Virus record (IMG/VR): IMGVR_UViG_3300037333_000013
Location: 64,001 to 128,000 of that record
DNA length: 64,000 nt
Origin: a virus
Reading direction: 5' to 3' (one strand)
Under the pieces are notes generated by a model. That model was given only the letters and a program-made list of their open reading frames with translations. It ran no database searches and was not told the origin of the DNA. Both the position numbers and the translations under genes were made by a program. The first letter of the stretch is position 1, and each line of letters starts with the position of its first letter. This document shows, piece after piece, positions 21,433 through 31,284 of the stretch.

Positions 21433-22386
21433 ATGTATAGAATAAAACTTGGTGGAGAAGATATCGATATTGAATCAGAGTTTAAACTACTAGATAAAGC
21501 AGAAGTTGCTTATGAGAAGAGAGATAACATTATCTTCTCAGACTACCTAAAAAGTATTGGTATTGATGTTGAAGGAGTTGTTGACTTTATCAAAGATATG
21601 ATTGTACGATTGAAAAAACTCTTATCTAAGATGGGAACTCAAGCAAAGAGGATATGGCTTAGAGCACTGATATTCTTCGGAGAGAATGACAAGTTACTCA
21701 GTGACCATAAATCAAAGATTTCAGGGCTGTTAGTGTTAGACATAAAGAACAAAGGTGAGGTGAAAGATGAACTAAAATCATTTGTATTAGAGCAGGCATA
21801 TGACTTTATGTCTTCTAAAGAAGTAACTGGTTCATCTACATCACTAGAAGCTGTCTTTTACAATGGTGAACACGATAGATATACACCAACGGATTTGATA
21901 AAAATTATTCCTTCCCCTGACCAGAAGTTGACAGACTATCTTGTAGGTAAATCAGATATTGGATTTGTTAGATTTCAAAAAGATAATATCTCTTTTATTG
22001 TGCGTTCAAAAGTAAGTGAGCAAGATGATGGATATATCAAACTTGTAAAGTCTCCTGTTACAAGAACAGTATACAATAAGTTAGAGAGTGATATGCTTTA
22101 TAACATCGACAACAACCGTATGCTAGAGCCACTAAGGGCATTGTTTAAATCTGTCTTATCGTACGATGACTTGAAAGAGACTATCTCAACATCGTTTAAA
22201 AAGTTATCAGATTACGAAGATATGGCTAGAAAGATTGAGAGTGATGATGATACATCTAGTAAAAAATTGAGATTAGAGTATGATACGTTAAAGGCACATA
22301 GCCTAACAACTTATGCTGGAATGCGTGCAGAGATTAGAAAGACAAAACTAGCCATTAGGCTCGGTCGTATTCTCTTTGAAGAATAA
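21433..22386 (+). CDS. Internal head protein paralog
   Basis: IDVE/GVVDFIKDMIVRLKKLL...ALIFFGENDKL parallels the upstream SAWFATNDKL. Confidence 0.6.
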   Translation: MYRIKLGGEDIDIESEFKLLDKAEVAYEKRDNIIFSDYLKSIGIDVEGVVDFIKDMIVRLKKLLSKMGTQAKRIWLRALIFFGENDKLLSDHKSKISGLLVLDIKNKGEVKDELKSFVLEQAYDFMSSKEVTGSSTSLEAVFYNGEHDRYTPTDLIKIIPSPDQKLTDYLVGKSDIGFVRFQKDNISFIVRSKVSEQDDGYIKLVKSPVTRTVYNKLESDMLYNIDNNRMLEPLRALFKSVLSYDDLKETISTSFKKLSDYEDMARKIESDDDTSSKKLRLEYDTLKAHSLTTYAGMRAEIRKTKLAIRLGRILFEE

Positions 22387-22404
22387 AAGAAAAAATAAAC
22401 AAGT

Positions 22405-22432
22405 ATACATAGTGGGATAACCCACTATGTAT
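22405..22432. terminator. Bidirectional terminator
   Basis: atacatagtggg-ataa-cccactatgtat between convergent genes. Confidence 0.75.
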
Positions 22433-22437
22433 CTCTT

Positions 22438-22992
22438 TTATATGTCTGTAAAGTCATCGTCATCTTCAACCAAAGCATTGACATAAAATGACCAAACATC
22501 AAGGACACGTTCATACCTGTCCATACCAGTGTCACTATCATCAGAATCAGCGAAGATAGCACAGTCGTTAAACTCATCAGCAACACCACCGACAAGAGAT
22601 GTATATAGAATATCATCATATTCTCCTTTATCTTTTCCAAATCCTGCAATGTCGCCACCCTCATACTCATTGTATAAGTACGGGTTACACATCACCACCT
22701 CTTGCATATATGGGTTAATATGCATATAGTTCTCTTCATCATACATTTCGATATCTGTTGTGATTTCGAATGTTTGGCGTTTTACTTCATCGATGTCGTT
22801 TAGTATAGCATCACTCTGTAAATACTGAGATACCATATTGACATTGTTCTGGAATGCTCTCCCTGCGTCTGTGAGTTCAATTCCTAAACTCATATTCACA
22901 CCATCTATATACTGACGCACCTGCGTCATATCTGGACGATATGCATTTGCAGATGACGCCGCATATGTATCATTAACCTTGATGACTCGCAT
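22438..22992 (-). CDS. Conserved hypothetical protein downstream of nvRNAP beta'
   Basis: 184 aa, coupled; MQEVVMCNPYL...GF...Y. Confidence 0.55.
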   Translation of the reverse strand: MRVIKVNDTYAASSANAYRPDMTQVRQYIDGVNMSLGIELTDAGRAFQNNVNMVSQYLQSDAILNDIDEVKRQTFEITTDIEMYDEENYMHINPYMQEVVMCNPYLYNEYEGGDIAGFGKDKGEYDDILYTSLVGGVADEFNDCAIFADSDDSDTGMDRYERVLDVWSFYVNALVEDDDDFTDI

Positions 22993-24442
22993 GCTTCTTC
23001 TCCTCTCTAATAATGTTCGTGAGTGTCATAGATACAGTGTCTGGTATGTTTACCTTACCGAATATGGACTCTGTATTTGCAGAGACTGTCGAGACAGTGT
23101 GTTCTGGACTAAACGGTTCTAGTAAGTCTACCATATAGTTGTCTAATGGTAACTGTGCATTACATTGGTCCCCATCCACGTCAGCATTCATTAGTGGCAT
23201 CGTGAGTGGTGAGAGTGAGAAGGTATCATCTTCTATGTCTGGCTTGACTCTCGTAATTCTTAGTCGTACGATAGATGCATTGTTTTGTGCTGGATTACGG
23301 TAGAAAATACAACGTATCCCATTTTGTGCTTCAGCAATGAGTGTAAGCATTGCATCATAGACAACTTGCACAAACTCAGTCTCGGCTAAGTCTAGTAACT
23401 TATTAATATGGTTTGTTGTCATATTCATCCTGTTATACAAAAGGTTTCTGATATGCATCTCGAATAACCTACACGACGACTTATAGGGTAAGTACAACTC
23501 ATCATACTCATGTGGTCCTGGTATAGGAACAATCACAGCACGAATATTATAGTCTCCTCTTAATCCGAACAGATTCTTTCTAAACCCACCTTCCTTTTTT
23601 GCTAGGAATGTATCTGTGATGTTTATATAAGCCTTTGTTAAGAAACTAAGTACACGTCCTATCGCACGCTCTTTATAGACAACACTGTCATAATCTTTAT
23701 ACTTCATAAAGAGTAGTGCGGCATTCATAAGATATGGGATAGAACCTTGAATGTAGTTACCCAATGCGTTTGGCTCGTGTATCAGAAACTTCTTATGTGG
23801 AAACGGAATAACGTTCACGTGAATGACATTTCTTCTATTACGATATATCTCAAGAAGCAACGTAAGTTTCTCACTTTTCGCTTGTGTAGTTGTGAACATC
23901 CGTATCTTAGAGATAATATACTCGATGTTATTCACGAACCATTGATATGAACGAATAACATCTTCGTCTTTCTCAAAGATTCCTAGCACACCACGACTTG
24001 TAGACTTTACATCTGGAGAGTACTGTTTATCGCTAAACCATCTCACCATACTGAAGGTGTCGTTACCAACAACCTGTATATTTACGACTCTATCCAACTC
24101 TAGAAGAAAGAGTGGTGATATAAATTCTGGCATTCCTCCCATGCGTTTCAACCACAATACTGGCTCAAAGTTTGCAAACATATCCACTACCTCTGTATTA
24201 CAGAGTGGACAGATTGCACCCATATTTGAGAACCCACTAATGTGCTTACAAGAACACGTCGGTATGAGCGATACGACATCATCTTTAATCGTATTCTTCA
24301 CTAGGTTTGGAAGCATATCTCTATGCTCCTTGTTTAGATAATCTAAGTTGTTTAAGATTACCTTTTTATCACTCGGTATGGAGTGATATAAGATTTCAAA
24401 ATCTTCTATCTGCTCCTGAATGATGAACTCTTGTTTTGGCAT
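22973..24442 (-). CDS. Non-virion RNA polymerase beta' N-terminal/catalytic subunit
   Basis: Zn finger CSC...CPLC, KKEGGFRKNLFG.R, RAVI, RNP and catalytic NADVDGD. Confidence 0.85.
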   Translation of the reverse strand: MPKQEFIIQEQIEDFEILYHSIPSDKKVILNNLDYLNKEHRDMLPNLVKNTIKDDVVSLIPTCSCKHISGFSNMGAICPLCNTEVVDMFANFEPVLWLKRMGGMPEFISPLFLLELDRVVNIQVVGNDTFSMVRWFSDKQYSPDVKSTSRGVLGIFEKDEDVIRSYQWFVNNIEYIISKIRMFTTTQAKSEKLTLLLEIYRNRRNVIHVNVIPFPHKKFLIHEPNALGNYIQGSIPYLMNAALLFMKYKDYDSVVYKERAIGRVLSFLTKAYINITDTFLAKKEGGFRKNLFGLRGDYNIRAVIVPIPGPHEYDELYLPYKSSCRLFEMHIRNLLYNRMNMTTNHINKLLDLAETEFVQVVYDAMLTLIAEAQNGIRCIFYRNPAQNNASIVRLRITRVKPDIEDDTFSLSPLTMPLMNADVDGDQCNAQLPLDNYMVDLLEPFSPEHTVSTVSANTESIFGKVNIPDTVSMTLTNIIREEKKHASHQG

Positions 24443-24473
24443 AACATTTTCTCCTTTACGTTTGATACCATAC

Positions 24474-24484
24474 TAATAATATAT
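24474..24484 (-). promoter_or_regulatory. Early promoter motif
   Basis: ATATATTATTA upstream of the nvRNAP gene. Confidence 0.6.
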
Positions 24485-24491
24485 GGATATA

Positions 24492-26609
24492 TTAAAATTG
24501 TTCCGAGTACAATAAACCATCTCTTCTGATAATACCAAGTATCTCCATCACGTTGTAGAAAGGACTGAGCGTGTTCTCAACAATCTTATTCTTATCAATA
24601 ATGTTGAAGAGTTCTATTGGTAAACCTTGACTCTTTACAATTTCATACGGTACGATGACTTGCGTCATAGAGCCTTTAGGATACTTCTCGAAGAACACTG
24701 CCCATCTCTCTCTAATACCTGCATCCTCTATACTAGAAATCATATCTTCTATTTTCTTCTTCGTAGAGAGGTCTATACTCACTTTCATTGCTAAGTATGG
24801 TGGTGTCTCTACGTGTCCATACTTCTCTGCAAATACCTGCTCCCAAAGCTCATAATGAAAGTACTGTGAACTCATCGGTATCTTATAGTCCTTCTTTCCT
24901 TTTACGTCGCTGAATAAGAAGATACTAGAGTCAGCATTCTTTATCATTTCGATAATCTCTATCTCCAATGTTTTAATAAATGAGATGATTTCTTTTAAAT
25001 CTACCCTACCACCACTCTCAACAGTGTGAATCAAACTCTTTACTAAAGCTTTCTTCTTATCCGTATACTTCGCTAATACTTTGTTCGCTATTAGCGACAC
25101 CCCGTGGAATGTTACTTTATCTAACATCTGAATGAGTTCTTTAATTACTGTCTTCTCTATATAGTGCTTACTACCATATGTCGGCATAAATGAAGAGAAC
25201 ATATACTCTGATTTCATATCAATCTCATCCATTACATCTTCTTCTACATTCATATTCTTACCGAGCTGTATTAAGACATTTCTAATGGACTCTGATACGA
25301 AGATAGATGCTGATGCACTGTATGCTATCGACTCATTGTTGAGTTCGAACTTACCATACTTTGCTTTAACATAATGGTAGTAGAATGAAACAGTGGAGTC
25401 CGTATCTGATAGTACAATAACACGTCTTACGGCGTCTTTAACCATTGATGCATTAGGTGGTATCACTTGACTCATAAAGAACGCTTTAATAAGCAATTCT
25501 GACTCTTTAAGAACACTGTTTATATTTCTCATTGTTCCAGAGAGTACTTTCTCTATCTGCTTTCCTTTAAAGTCCCCATGTTTAATACCTAAACCTTTCA
25601 GCTCGTCAAAACATACGTGGTGCAGTAGGTTTATCTTATAGTCCTCTTCTTCTGTTACTTCTTCTATTGTCCCATTTGCTGTATGTTGTGCTGATAAAGC
25701 TGTCAAGATAGCTTCCATTAGTGTTTTGTTTAGTTTATGTATATGATACATATCAAATGTATAGAGATAAGCTACTTTCTGAACATCCGTTAGTGTGTCT
25801 ACGTATCCATGTATCTTATCCATATAATCAGTACTTCTCCAATAGTAGTATGTATTGTAGAGTACCATATTCATAATATCTTCTGTTGTTGGTATCTTTA
25901 GCTTATACTTATCAATAGCTTTTTGTACTAACCCCATATCAGAATACGTGATGATAGATGCAATATGTCGCATGACGTCCATCGGCTTATAGTATAGTCT
26001 ATTGCCCATCACAATCGACTCTGACAGTGCATTGGCACTAGACGTCAAGATACGTGTAAACGACGTCATAGAGTAGTGTGATGAGTGTCTAGAGGTTGGG
26101 TACTTTAAGAGCGATGACTTTCCAGATACTGAGTTGTTCTTTACTTTCGCCGCTATGTTGAGTGTGTTGTTGATGATGAAGTTATCAGTATCCCCTACCG
26201 CTTCATACTGTTTTGCTTTCTTTTTAAACTCATTACGACTACGCTTATTTACATCAGTCCATCTACTGTGCATACTCACCCATTTTTCACCATCTTTATT
26301 TACCTTAGTATAACAAGTAAATGATGGTGCTATTGTCATCTTGTTTGTTTTTACACTATAAATGAACTTTGTCAAGTCCATCTCAGTTATTTCCATATCT
26401 AGTGTCTCTAAGTCTTTCTCATATAGACGAACTTTCCTTGTTTTAAACCTTTCTTTTACTTGTTGCTCTACGAGTTCTCTTACTTTATCATATGGTTTAT
26501 TTAACTTTTGTGCTAATAAAGTCGATTGTTGGTGTATATAACCCTCGACATAGTTTAAGTCGTGTGTGTAATCTTTAAGTGGTTTTTGGAATGGATTTAT
26601 TTTAGACAT
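24492..26609 (-). CDS. Split family B DNA polymerase, C-terminal catalytic part
   Basis: Motif B K...NSVSG, motif C SDTDS, KHY; phiKZ-type divergent PolB. Confidence 0.8.
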   Translation of the reverse strand: MSKINPFQKPLKDYTHDLNYVEGYIHQQSTLLAQKLNKPYDKVRELVEQQVKERFKTRKVRLYEKDLETLDMEITEMDLTKFIYSVKTNKMTIAPSFTCYTKVNKDGEKWVSMHSRWTDVNKRSRNEFKKKAKQYEAVGDTDNFIINNTLNIAAKVKNNSVSGKSSLLKYPTSRHSSHYSMTSFTRILTSSANALSESIVMGNRLYYKPMDVMRHIASIITYSDMGLVQKAIDKYKLKIPTTEDIMNMVLYNTYYYWRSTDYMDKIHGYVDTLTDVQKVAYLYTFDMYHIHKLNKTLMEAILTALSAQHTANGTIEEVTEEEDYKINLLHHVCFDELKGLGIKHGDFKGKQIEKVLSGTMRNINSVLKESELLIKAFFMSQVIPPNASMVKDAVRRVIVLSDTDSTVSFYYHYVKAKYGKFELNNESIAYSASASIFVSESIRNVLIQLGKNMNVEEDVMDEIDMKSEYMFSSFMPTYGSKHYIEKTVIKELIQMLDKVTFHGVSLIANKVLAKYTDKKKALVKSLIHTVESGGRVDLKEIISFIKTLEIEIIEMIKNADSSIFLFSDVKGKKDYKIPMSSQYFHYELWEQVFAEKYGHVETPPYLAMKVSIDLSTKKKIEDMISSIEDAGIRERWAVFFEKYPKGSMTQVIVPYEIVKSQGLPIELFNIIDKNKIVENTLSPFYNVMEILGIIRRDGLLYSEQF

Positions 26610-26679
26610 TTTGCTTCCTTTTGGTTATCAAGTGAATGTGTCAAATATGTTATTTATTTAAAGAAAGAAAAAGAGATTC

Positions 26680-26707
26680 TCAGTATAGTGCAAAGGCACT
26701 ATACTGA
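26680..26707 (-). terminator. Intrinsic terminator
   Basis: tcagtatagtgc-aaag-gcactatactga with an A-rich left flank. Confidence 0.7.
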
Positions 26708-26744
26708 AACTATATTTCGATAATCACTCTTTTAATCTTGATTA

Positions 26745-27155
26745 TCACACATTTCTAAATCCTTTCCAATATCCACTTAACTCAATATATGACTTAGACA
26801 AGAACGCATACAACGGAATAAAGTCATCATCAGTGATAGACTGTATTCTTACTGGGAAGTATATGCCCTTCCTCTGCTGTATGAATATAATTTGACAACA
26901 CATATGCAACCCATCTTCATTAGGTGTATATTGGACATCAAATAGTCTCGCATTGAACTCATCTCTTGACAACTGTTCAACATCAAATCTGAATACTATG
27001 TTGTAGTCTATAAACGCACCACCATACTCTTTTATAAAGTCATCAAAGTTTAGGAACACTTGACACAAATCATTATCGCAATAATTAGATTCAGACGCTT
27101 GGTATCTATGTTCCGTTAATAATGCTTCCTTTTCCTGTTCTTTAGTAACACTTAC
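26745..27155 (-). CDS. Phage hypothetical protein with uncertain start
   Basis: Frame is open up to TAA at 27156-27158; contains EHRYQASESNY...DYNIVFRFD...QRKG. Confidence 0.45.
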   Translation of the reverse strand, partial: VSVTKEQEKEALLTEHRYQASESNYCDNDLCQVFLNFDDFIKEYGGAFIDYNIVFRFDVEQLSRDEFNARLFDVQYTPNEDGLHMCCQIIFIQQRKGIYFPVRIQSITDDDFIPLYAFLSKSYIELSGYWKGFRNV

Positions 27156-27335
27156 TTATCTAGTCTCAAACCTCAGACGTTTCTCATTTACACCATCACT
27201 ATATTCTATACTATGTGTATAGTCATATGTTGGTACATAAGTAATATCTAAGATTGTGTTGTCTCTAGCTACCCCACGCAACTTATCTCTGTCCTCGTCT
27301 GTTAAGAGCTTAAGCCGTAGTTCACTAATCTGCAT
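27156..27335 (-). CDS. 59-aa hypothetical protein not in the ORF track
   Basis: MQISELRLKLLTDEDRDKLRG...; start overlaps the end of the upstream gene. Confidence 0.5.
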   Translation of the reverse strand: MQISELRLKLLTDEDRDKLRGVARDNTILDITYVPTYDYTHSIEYSDGVNEKRLRFETR

Positions 27336-27972
27336 AGTTTACACCATCGAATATAAATATGTTTTCATCTGTTATAATATATACTCTACCAGACACATCT
27401 TCAACACACGCCCTCACTATCGTACCTAACATACTATTTAACTTCTTCAGTCGCATCTCGTCATACTTAAGAACCACGTCTACCATAGTCATCCCTACAA
27501 TGATGAGTCCATTGCATACATCTATTGATGATATCTTCGATGGATTCAAGTTCTTGTGGAATGAGTCGTCGTCATACTTAACGAATGCGTTCGTATAAAT
27601 CAATATACTAGACGCTTGTACATTCAAGTTGCATGCTAGTGAAGATTTACGTTTTATGATTGCACCATTAATATTTGCAACCGATTCTAAAGTATCAAAG
27701 TCATAGTGTAACTTACACTCCACTGTGTCTTTGATATCAAGATACATCAATGTCTCTAGTCTATTGTATACAGCTTGTGTGTACGTTATATTATTCATAA
27801 GTACAACAACGTAGTATACACCGTAAGACGTTATAACTGTTATGAGAGGACATCCTACGATATCCATGTCTATCTCTAATTCTTTACCTCGTAGTATATG
27901 TTCATCATCTGATGTAATGATGATGATACAATCCTCGTTTGTTATTATTTCCTCAATGATATTTTTACCCAT
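27325..27972 (-). CDS. Hypothetical beta-rich protein
   Basis: Start reassigned to MGKNII after SD AAGAGGA. Confidence 0.55.
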   Translation of the reverse strand: MGKNIIEEIITNEDCIIIITSDDEHILRGKELEIDMDIVGCPLITVITSYGVYYVVVLMNNITYTQAVYNRLETLMYLDIKDTVECKLHYDFDTLESVANINGAIIKRKSSLACNLNVQASSILIYTNAFVKYDDDSFHKNLNPSKISSIDVCNGLIIVGMTMVDVVLKYDEMRLKKLNSMLGTIVRACVEDVSGRVYIITDENIFIFDGVNYAD

Positions 27973-28200
27973 TTCAATCCTCTTTTTGTTTTTTTTTATT
28001 ATGCATGTTGTCAATTGCTTTAAATGTTGATGATACGACAGACTTTATTATCCACTATCTCATCAACTCTAGTGGCATTAACTTTGTAATGATTAAGTCA
28101 TCTCTTTCAATCGCTTTACCATTATATGTCAGTTCACCTATCAACTCATCTATCTTGTACTCTTTATCGACTACATAGAGCTTATCATAGCCACGTACTT

Positions 28201-28593
28201 TTATACCGTATATAACATATACTCCCTAGCCATATTACCTATTGTGAACTCCATCGTTGACGTATCTATATCACTTACGAAGCATACCAGATTATAGAAG
28301 TTCGCGTATGTTAATTTTAAAAAGATTGTTTTATCTTCACTATCATACTCTTTATCAAAGTATCTCATTACTTCATCATATGGTCTAGCTTCGATATCAT
28401 GCACCTTCATCATATCCACATACTCATTGTAGATAAAACGTTTTAACGCATCGTTAATACCTTCTACTGATAAATTCATATCGCTGCTTAGTGATAGACT
28501 TGGCAAGTTTGTTTCGTCACTATTTGTTTTTGACACACTTCTGTTTGTTAGCTTACTTAAAAGCGAAGCTGTTTGCTTTGTATATTTCTTCAT
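28201..28593 (-). CDS. Hypothetical protein
   Basis: 130 aa, SD AAAGGA. Confidence 0.55.
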   Translation of the reverse strand: MKKYTKQTASLLSKLTNRSVSKTNSDETNLPSLSLSSDMNLSVEGINDALKRFIYNEYVDMMKVHDIEARPYDEVMRYFDKEYDSEDKTIFLKLTYANFYNLVCFVSDIDTSTMEFTIGNMAREYMLYTV

Positions 28594-28608
28594 CTCTATT
28601 ATCCTTTA

Positions 28609-28878
28609 TTACATTATTTCCATATCATCTACTCTGAGTAATCCTAGCTTAGATACCAAAGACTCTGGTAGTTCTACTTCTGTTGTGATGAGTACATCTT
28701 GTGGGTCATTATCACCAGATGGGTAGTTAAACATAGTATCTAAGTCTGTATCACCTATTACTTCTAAGATGGCATCTTCTAGCTCATCTACCTTAATTGC
28801 GAATAACTCATCATACTTTAATAGTTCATCATTTACTGGGGTTGTTTGTGTTGTTATTGTCTTCTTATATGTTGCCAT
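28609..28878 (-). CDS. Small acidic early protein
   Basis: Start MATYKK after SD AAAGGA; promoter-like motif at 28943-28952. Confidence 0.55.
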   Translation of the reverse strand: MATYKKTITTQTTPVNDELLKYDELFAIKVDELEDAILEVIGDTDLDTMFNYPSGDNDPQDVLITTEVELPESLVSKLGLLRVDDMEIM

Positions 28879-28954
28879 ATTGTTTCCTTTATACTTTGGT
28901 TTGTTAGATAGTTTAGATACTATCACTCTGGTTTAGTCGTACTAATAATATACC

Positions 28955-29745
28955 AGTATACTTTACTTATTCTCTAGGTAGAGATAAAAGATACTAGAGA
29001 GTATAGTCTAAGGACTATACTCTATGTGATACTAAAGGATGTACATTACAGAGTAATGTACTATTATTAAGAGAAAGGAAAAGGGTTCTCTCGGATAGGG
29101 GCTACGCCCCTATCCTCACTCTCCTAAAAGGAAAGAGAAGTATTGTTTATTATTATTGCCTGCTCCCACCACTCCTAGCCTATGCCCACCCCTAAAAAAT
29201 ATAGATAGTTATATATACTCTATCCGATAGTGTATTACGTTAGTAATACTACCTTTAGTATAAACAACTATGTTCTATCTACATCTTCCTGGGTCCCGTC
29301 TGGTATATAGTGTAGTATGTGTTTGGTTCATATAATAGAGAGAAGAGAATATAAGTAAGAGTATACTCTCTTAGAGAGAGAATAAGAGTAGAGTATGGTA
29401 ATGAAGAATGTATAGTTTGAATAAAAGAAAAAGAGTAGTATATGAGAGAGATAGAGTATACAGTAATCAGATATGAGGAATAAGGTAAAGAAGAGAAGAG
29501 TATGAGAGAAAGTATACTAGAGAAAGAGAATAGGATAAAGAGTAGTAGTATGAACCACTGTAAGTGTCTGAAGAAAATGGAAAAAATAAATAGGTATGGT
29601 ATCACTCACCACCTAGATTCTATCTAGATAGTGAATGTATGTCTATGTTTAATGTCACCAAGTATCAATACGTATGTACTGTTTACCTAATGGTGTATGT
29701 ATCTCTCTAACATGATAACCATGCTTACAAATATCTGACTCTCAG
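28955..29745. other. Long non-coding island with a hairpin cluster and a purine-rich tract
   Basis: Perfect hairpins at 28998-29023, 29041-29061, 29093-29115 and 29232-29249; A/G-rich plus strand at ~29335-29600. Confidence 0.6.
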
Positions 29746-30348
29746 TTACTTCTCAAGAAGTTCTTTTTTCATGTGTATGTAGTGGTGATTTATTCTATAT
29801 AAGATAGATATAACCACACCATTATGAGTAGATGTGGATAGTGTCTCGTATTGCTCATTTTCAATATCTCCGAATAGAAAGTAATCTGAAAACATTCCGA
29901 TAGTACATATCGGAGTGAGCTCATCTGTGAATGAAACGATACTAAATTCTAGATTTGGTCTCCTTACTAGTATGTAATCACCATCAACTATCATTGTACT
30001 ATTGTTTGGTAGGCGATTGAAAAGGTTGGATATGAACTTATTCTGATTAATCCTATCTACATACTCCGTATGCATAGTAAGACATTCGTCAATATCGTTC
30101 AACAATAACATGATAAACACAACATACATGAGTCTTTTACCTACTATCCCATACGACAACATCTTTGTATTCCCAAAGTCTACTCTTTCCTCTGTCATAA
30201 TATATCTGATACCATCATGTATGAACTGTCTATGGTTAATACCTAACTCCTCACATAATGTAGAAAAGCGTTTATACTCGTTATCTGTTTTGTATTGCAT
30301 GGTGATATTACCAATGCACTCTCTATGATTTGTTTTGTAAATATACAT
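29746..30348 (-). CDS. Hypothetical protein
   Basis: 200 aa, SD AAAGGA. Confidence 0.55.
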   Translation of the reverse strand: MYIYKTNHRECIGNITMQYKTDNEYKRFSTLCEELGINHRQFIHDGIRYIMTEERVDFGNTKMLSYGIVGKRLMYVVFIMLLLNDIDECLTMHTEYVDRINQNKFISNLFNRLPNNSTMIVDGDYILVRRPNLEFSIVSFTDELTPICTIGMFSDYFLFGDIENEQYETLSTSTHNGVVISILYRINHHYIHMKKELLEK

Positions 30349-30360
30349 CTTCTTCCTTTA

Positions 30361-30636
30361 CTATTTATTGTATGGGTCTATCTCTAATAGACGTTTGTTT
30401 AACTCCCTGAACATTGATTGCTCTGCAAGTGGGAGTAGTGATAGGTCAGTATCTTTGATACTGTTGTGTATTGTTGTCTCTAGACGTATTGTCTCATATG
30501 TCTGTCTGACTGGAGAATCTGGATGATACAGTGATTTCTTTGTATCGATGAGTTTCCATAAGTTAGACATTATGACATCGTATACAAAGTTTGTATCTGT
30601 CTTCTTAACCAGTAGGTCATCTAGTAGTTCTAGCAT
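30361..30636 (-). CDS. Small early protein
   Basis: 91 aa downstream of the conserved promoter/leader. Confidence 0.6.
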   Translation of the reverse strand: MLELLDDLLVKKTDTNFVYDVIMSNLWKLIDTKKSLYHPDSPVRQTYETIRLETTIHNSIKDTDLSLLPLAEQSMFRELNKRLLEIDPYNK

Positions 30637-30671
30637 TAATATTCCTTCAATAATGTTAGCTTAGTATGTAA

Positions 30672-30706
30672 ACACAGCATTTCAATTACACCGTAATAAT
30701 ATATAT
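30672..30706 (-). promoter_or_regulatory. Early promoter plus conserved leader
   Basis: TATATATTATTACGGTGTAATTGAAATGCTGTG. Confidence 0.7.
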
Positions 30707-30719
30707 AAGTAGTTTGGTA

Positions 30720-31154
30720 CTAAATATAATATTTCCTTAATTCTGGTGTCCTACTTAAATACCTCTTTGGTACATATAATGCATTTTTATGCACTTTATC
30801 AAATACAGCTACTGCAACACAAAGTCCATTATCTAAGAACATACGAAAGTTAGATATAATACAAACTGTAAATAGGTCTAGTGAGCTTTCTCCAACCTTT
30901 ATCCTAGTTACCTTATTCTTGTAACAATCAATGACTTTATCTAAACTATCGATAAATCTCTTCGATTCTTTATAAGACATTTGTGGCAATATGAAATCAA
31001 AGTCAAAACACTTGTTATCTGTATACTGTATTTCATAAGCAAGTTTTCCCATACGTCTAGCAACAAAGATAGCCTTGTGTATTTCGTTTCTATCCATTAG
31101 GTTATTATATCTTCTTATTAGAGCTACCATATCGTCGTTATCTTCGTATATCAT
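30720..31154 (-). CDS. Hypothetical early protein
   Basis: 144 aa, SD AAAAGGAG, promoter-like motif at 31214-31222. Confidence 0.6.
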   Translation of the reverse strand: MIYEDNDDMVALIRRYNNLMDRNEIHKAIFVARRMGKLAYEIQYTDNKCFDFDFILPQMSYKESKRFIDSLDKVIDCYKNKVTRIKVGESSLDLFTVCIISNFRMFLDNGLCVAVAVFDKVHKNALYVPKRYLSRTPELRKYYI

Positions 31155-31284
31155 TTCTACTCCTTTTATTATTTATTTTCTGTTAGCATAATGCACTCTA
31201 GTGTAGTCGTATGAATAATATACGAATATGAATAAACAATAATCTTACTGGTGTATATATTATGATATTAAATAAAGGGACTAC

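Noticed and set aside
28055-28225. ~55-codon open frame overlapping the end of the 28201 gene
   Set aside because: No in-frame start near its 5' end and no convincing slippery site; too weak to call
29279-29605. 108-aa hydrophobic ORF
   Set aside because: Low-complexity S/L/F/Y/I translation of the antisense of the purine-rich tract, with a GTG start; treated as non-coding
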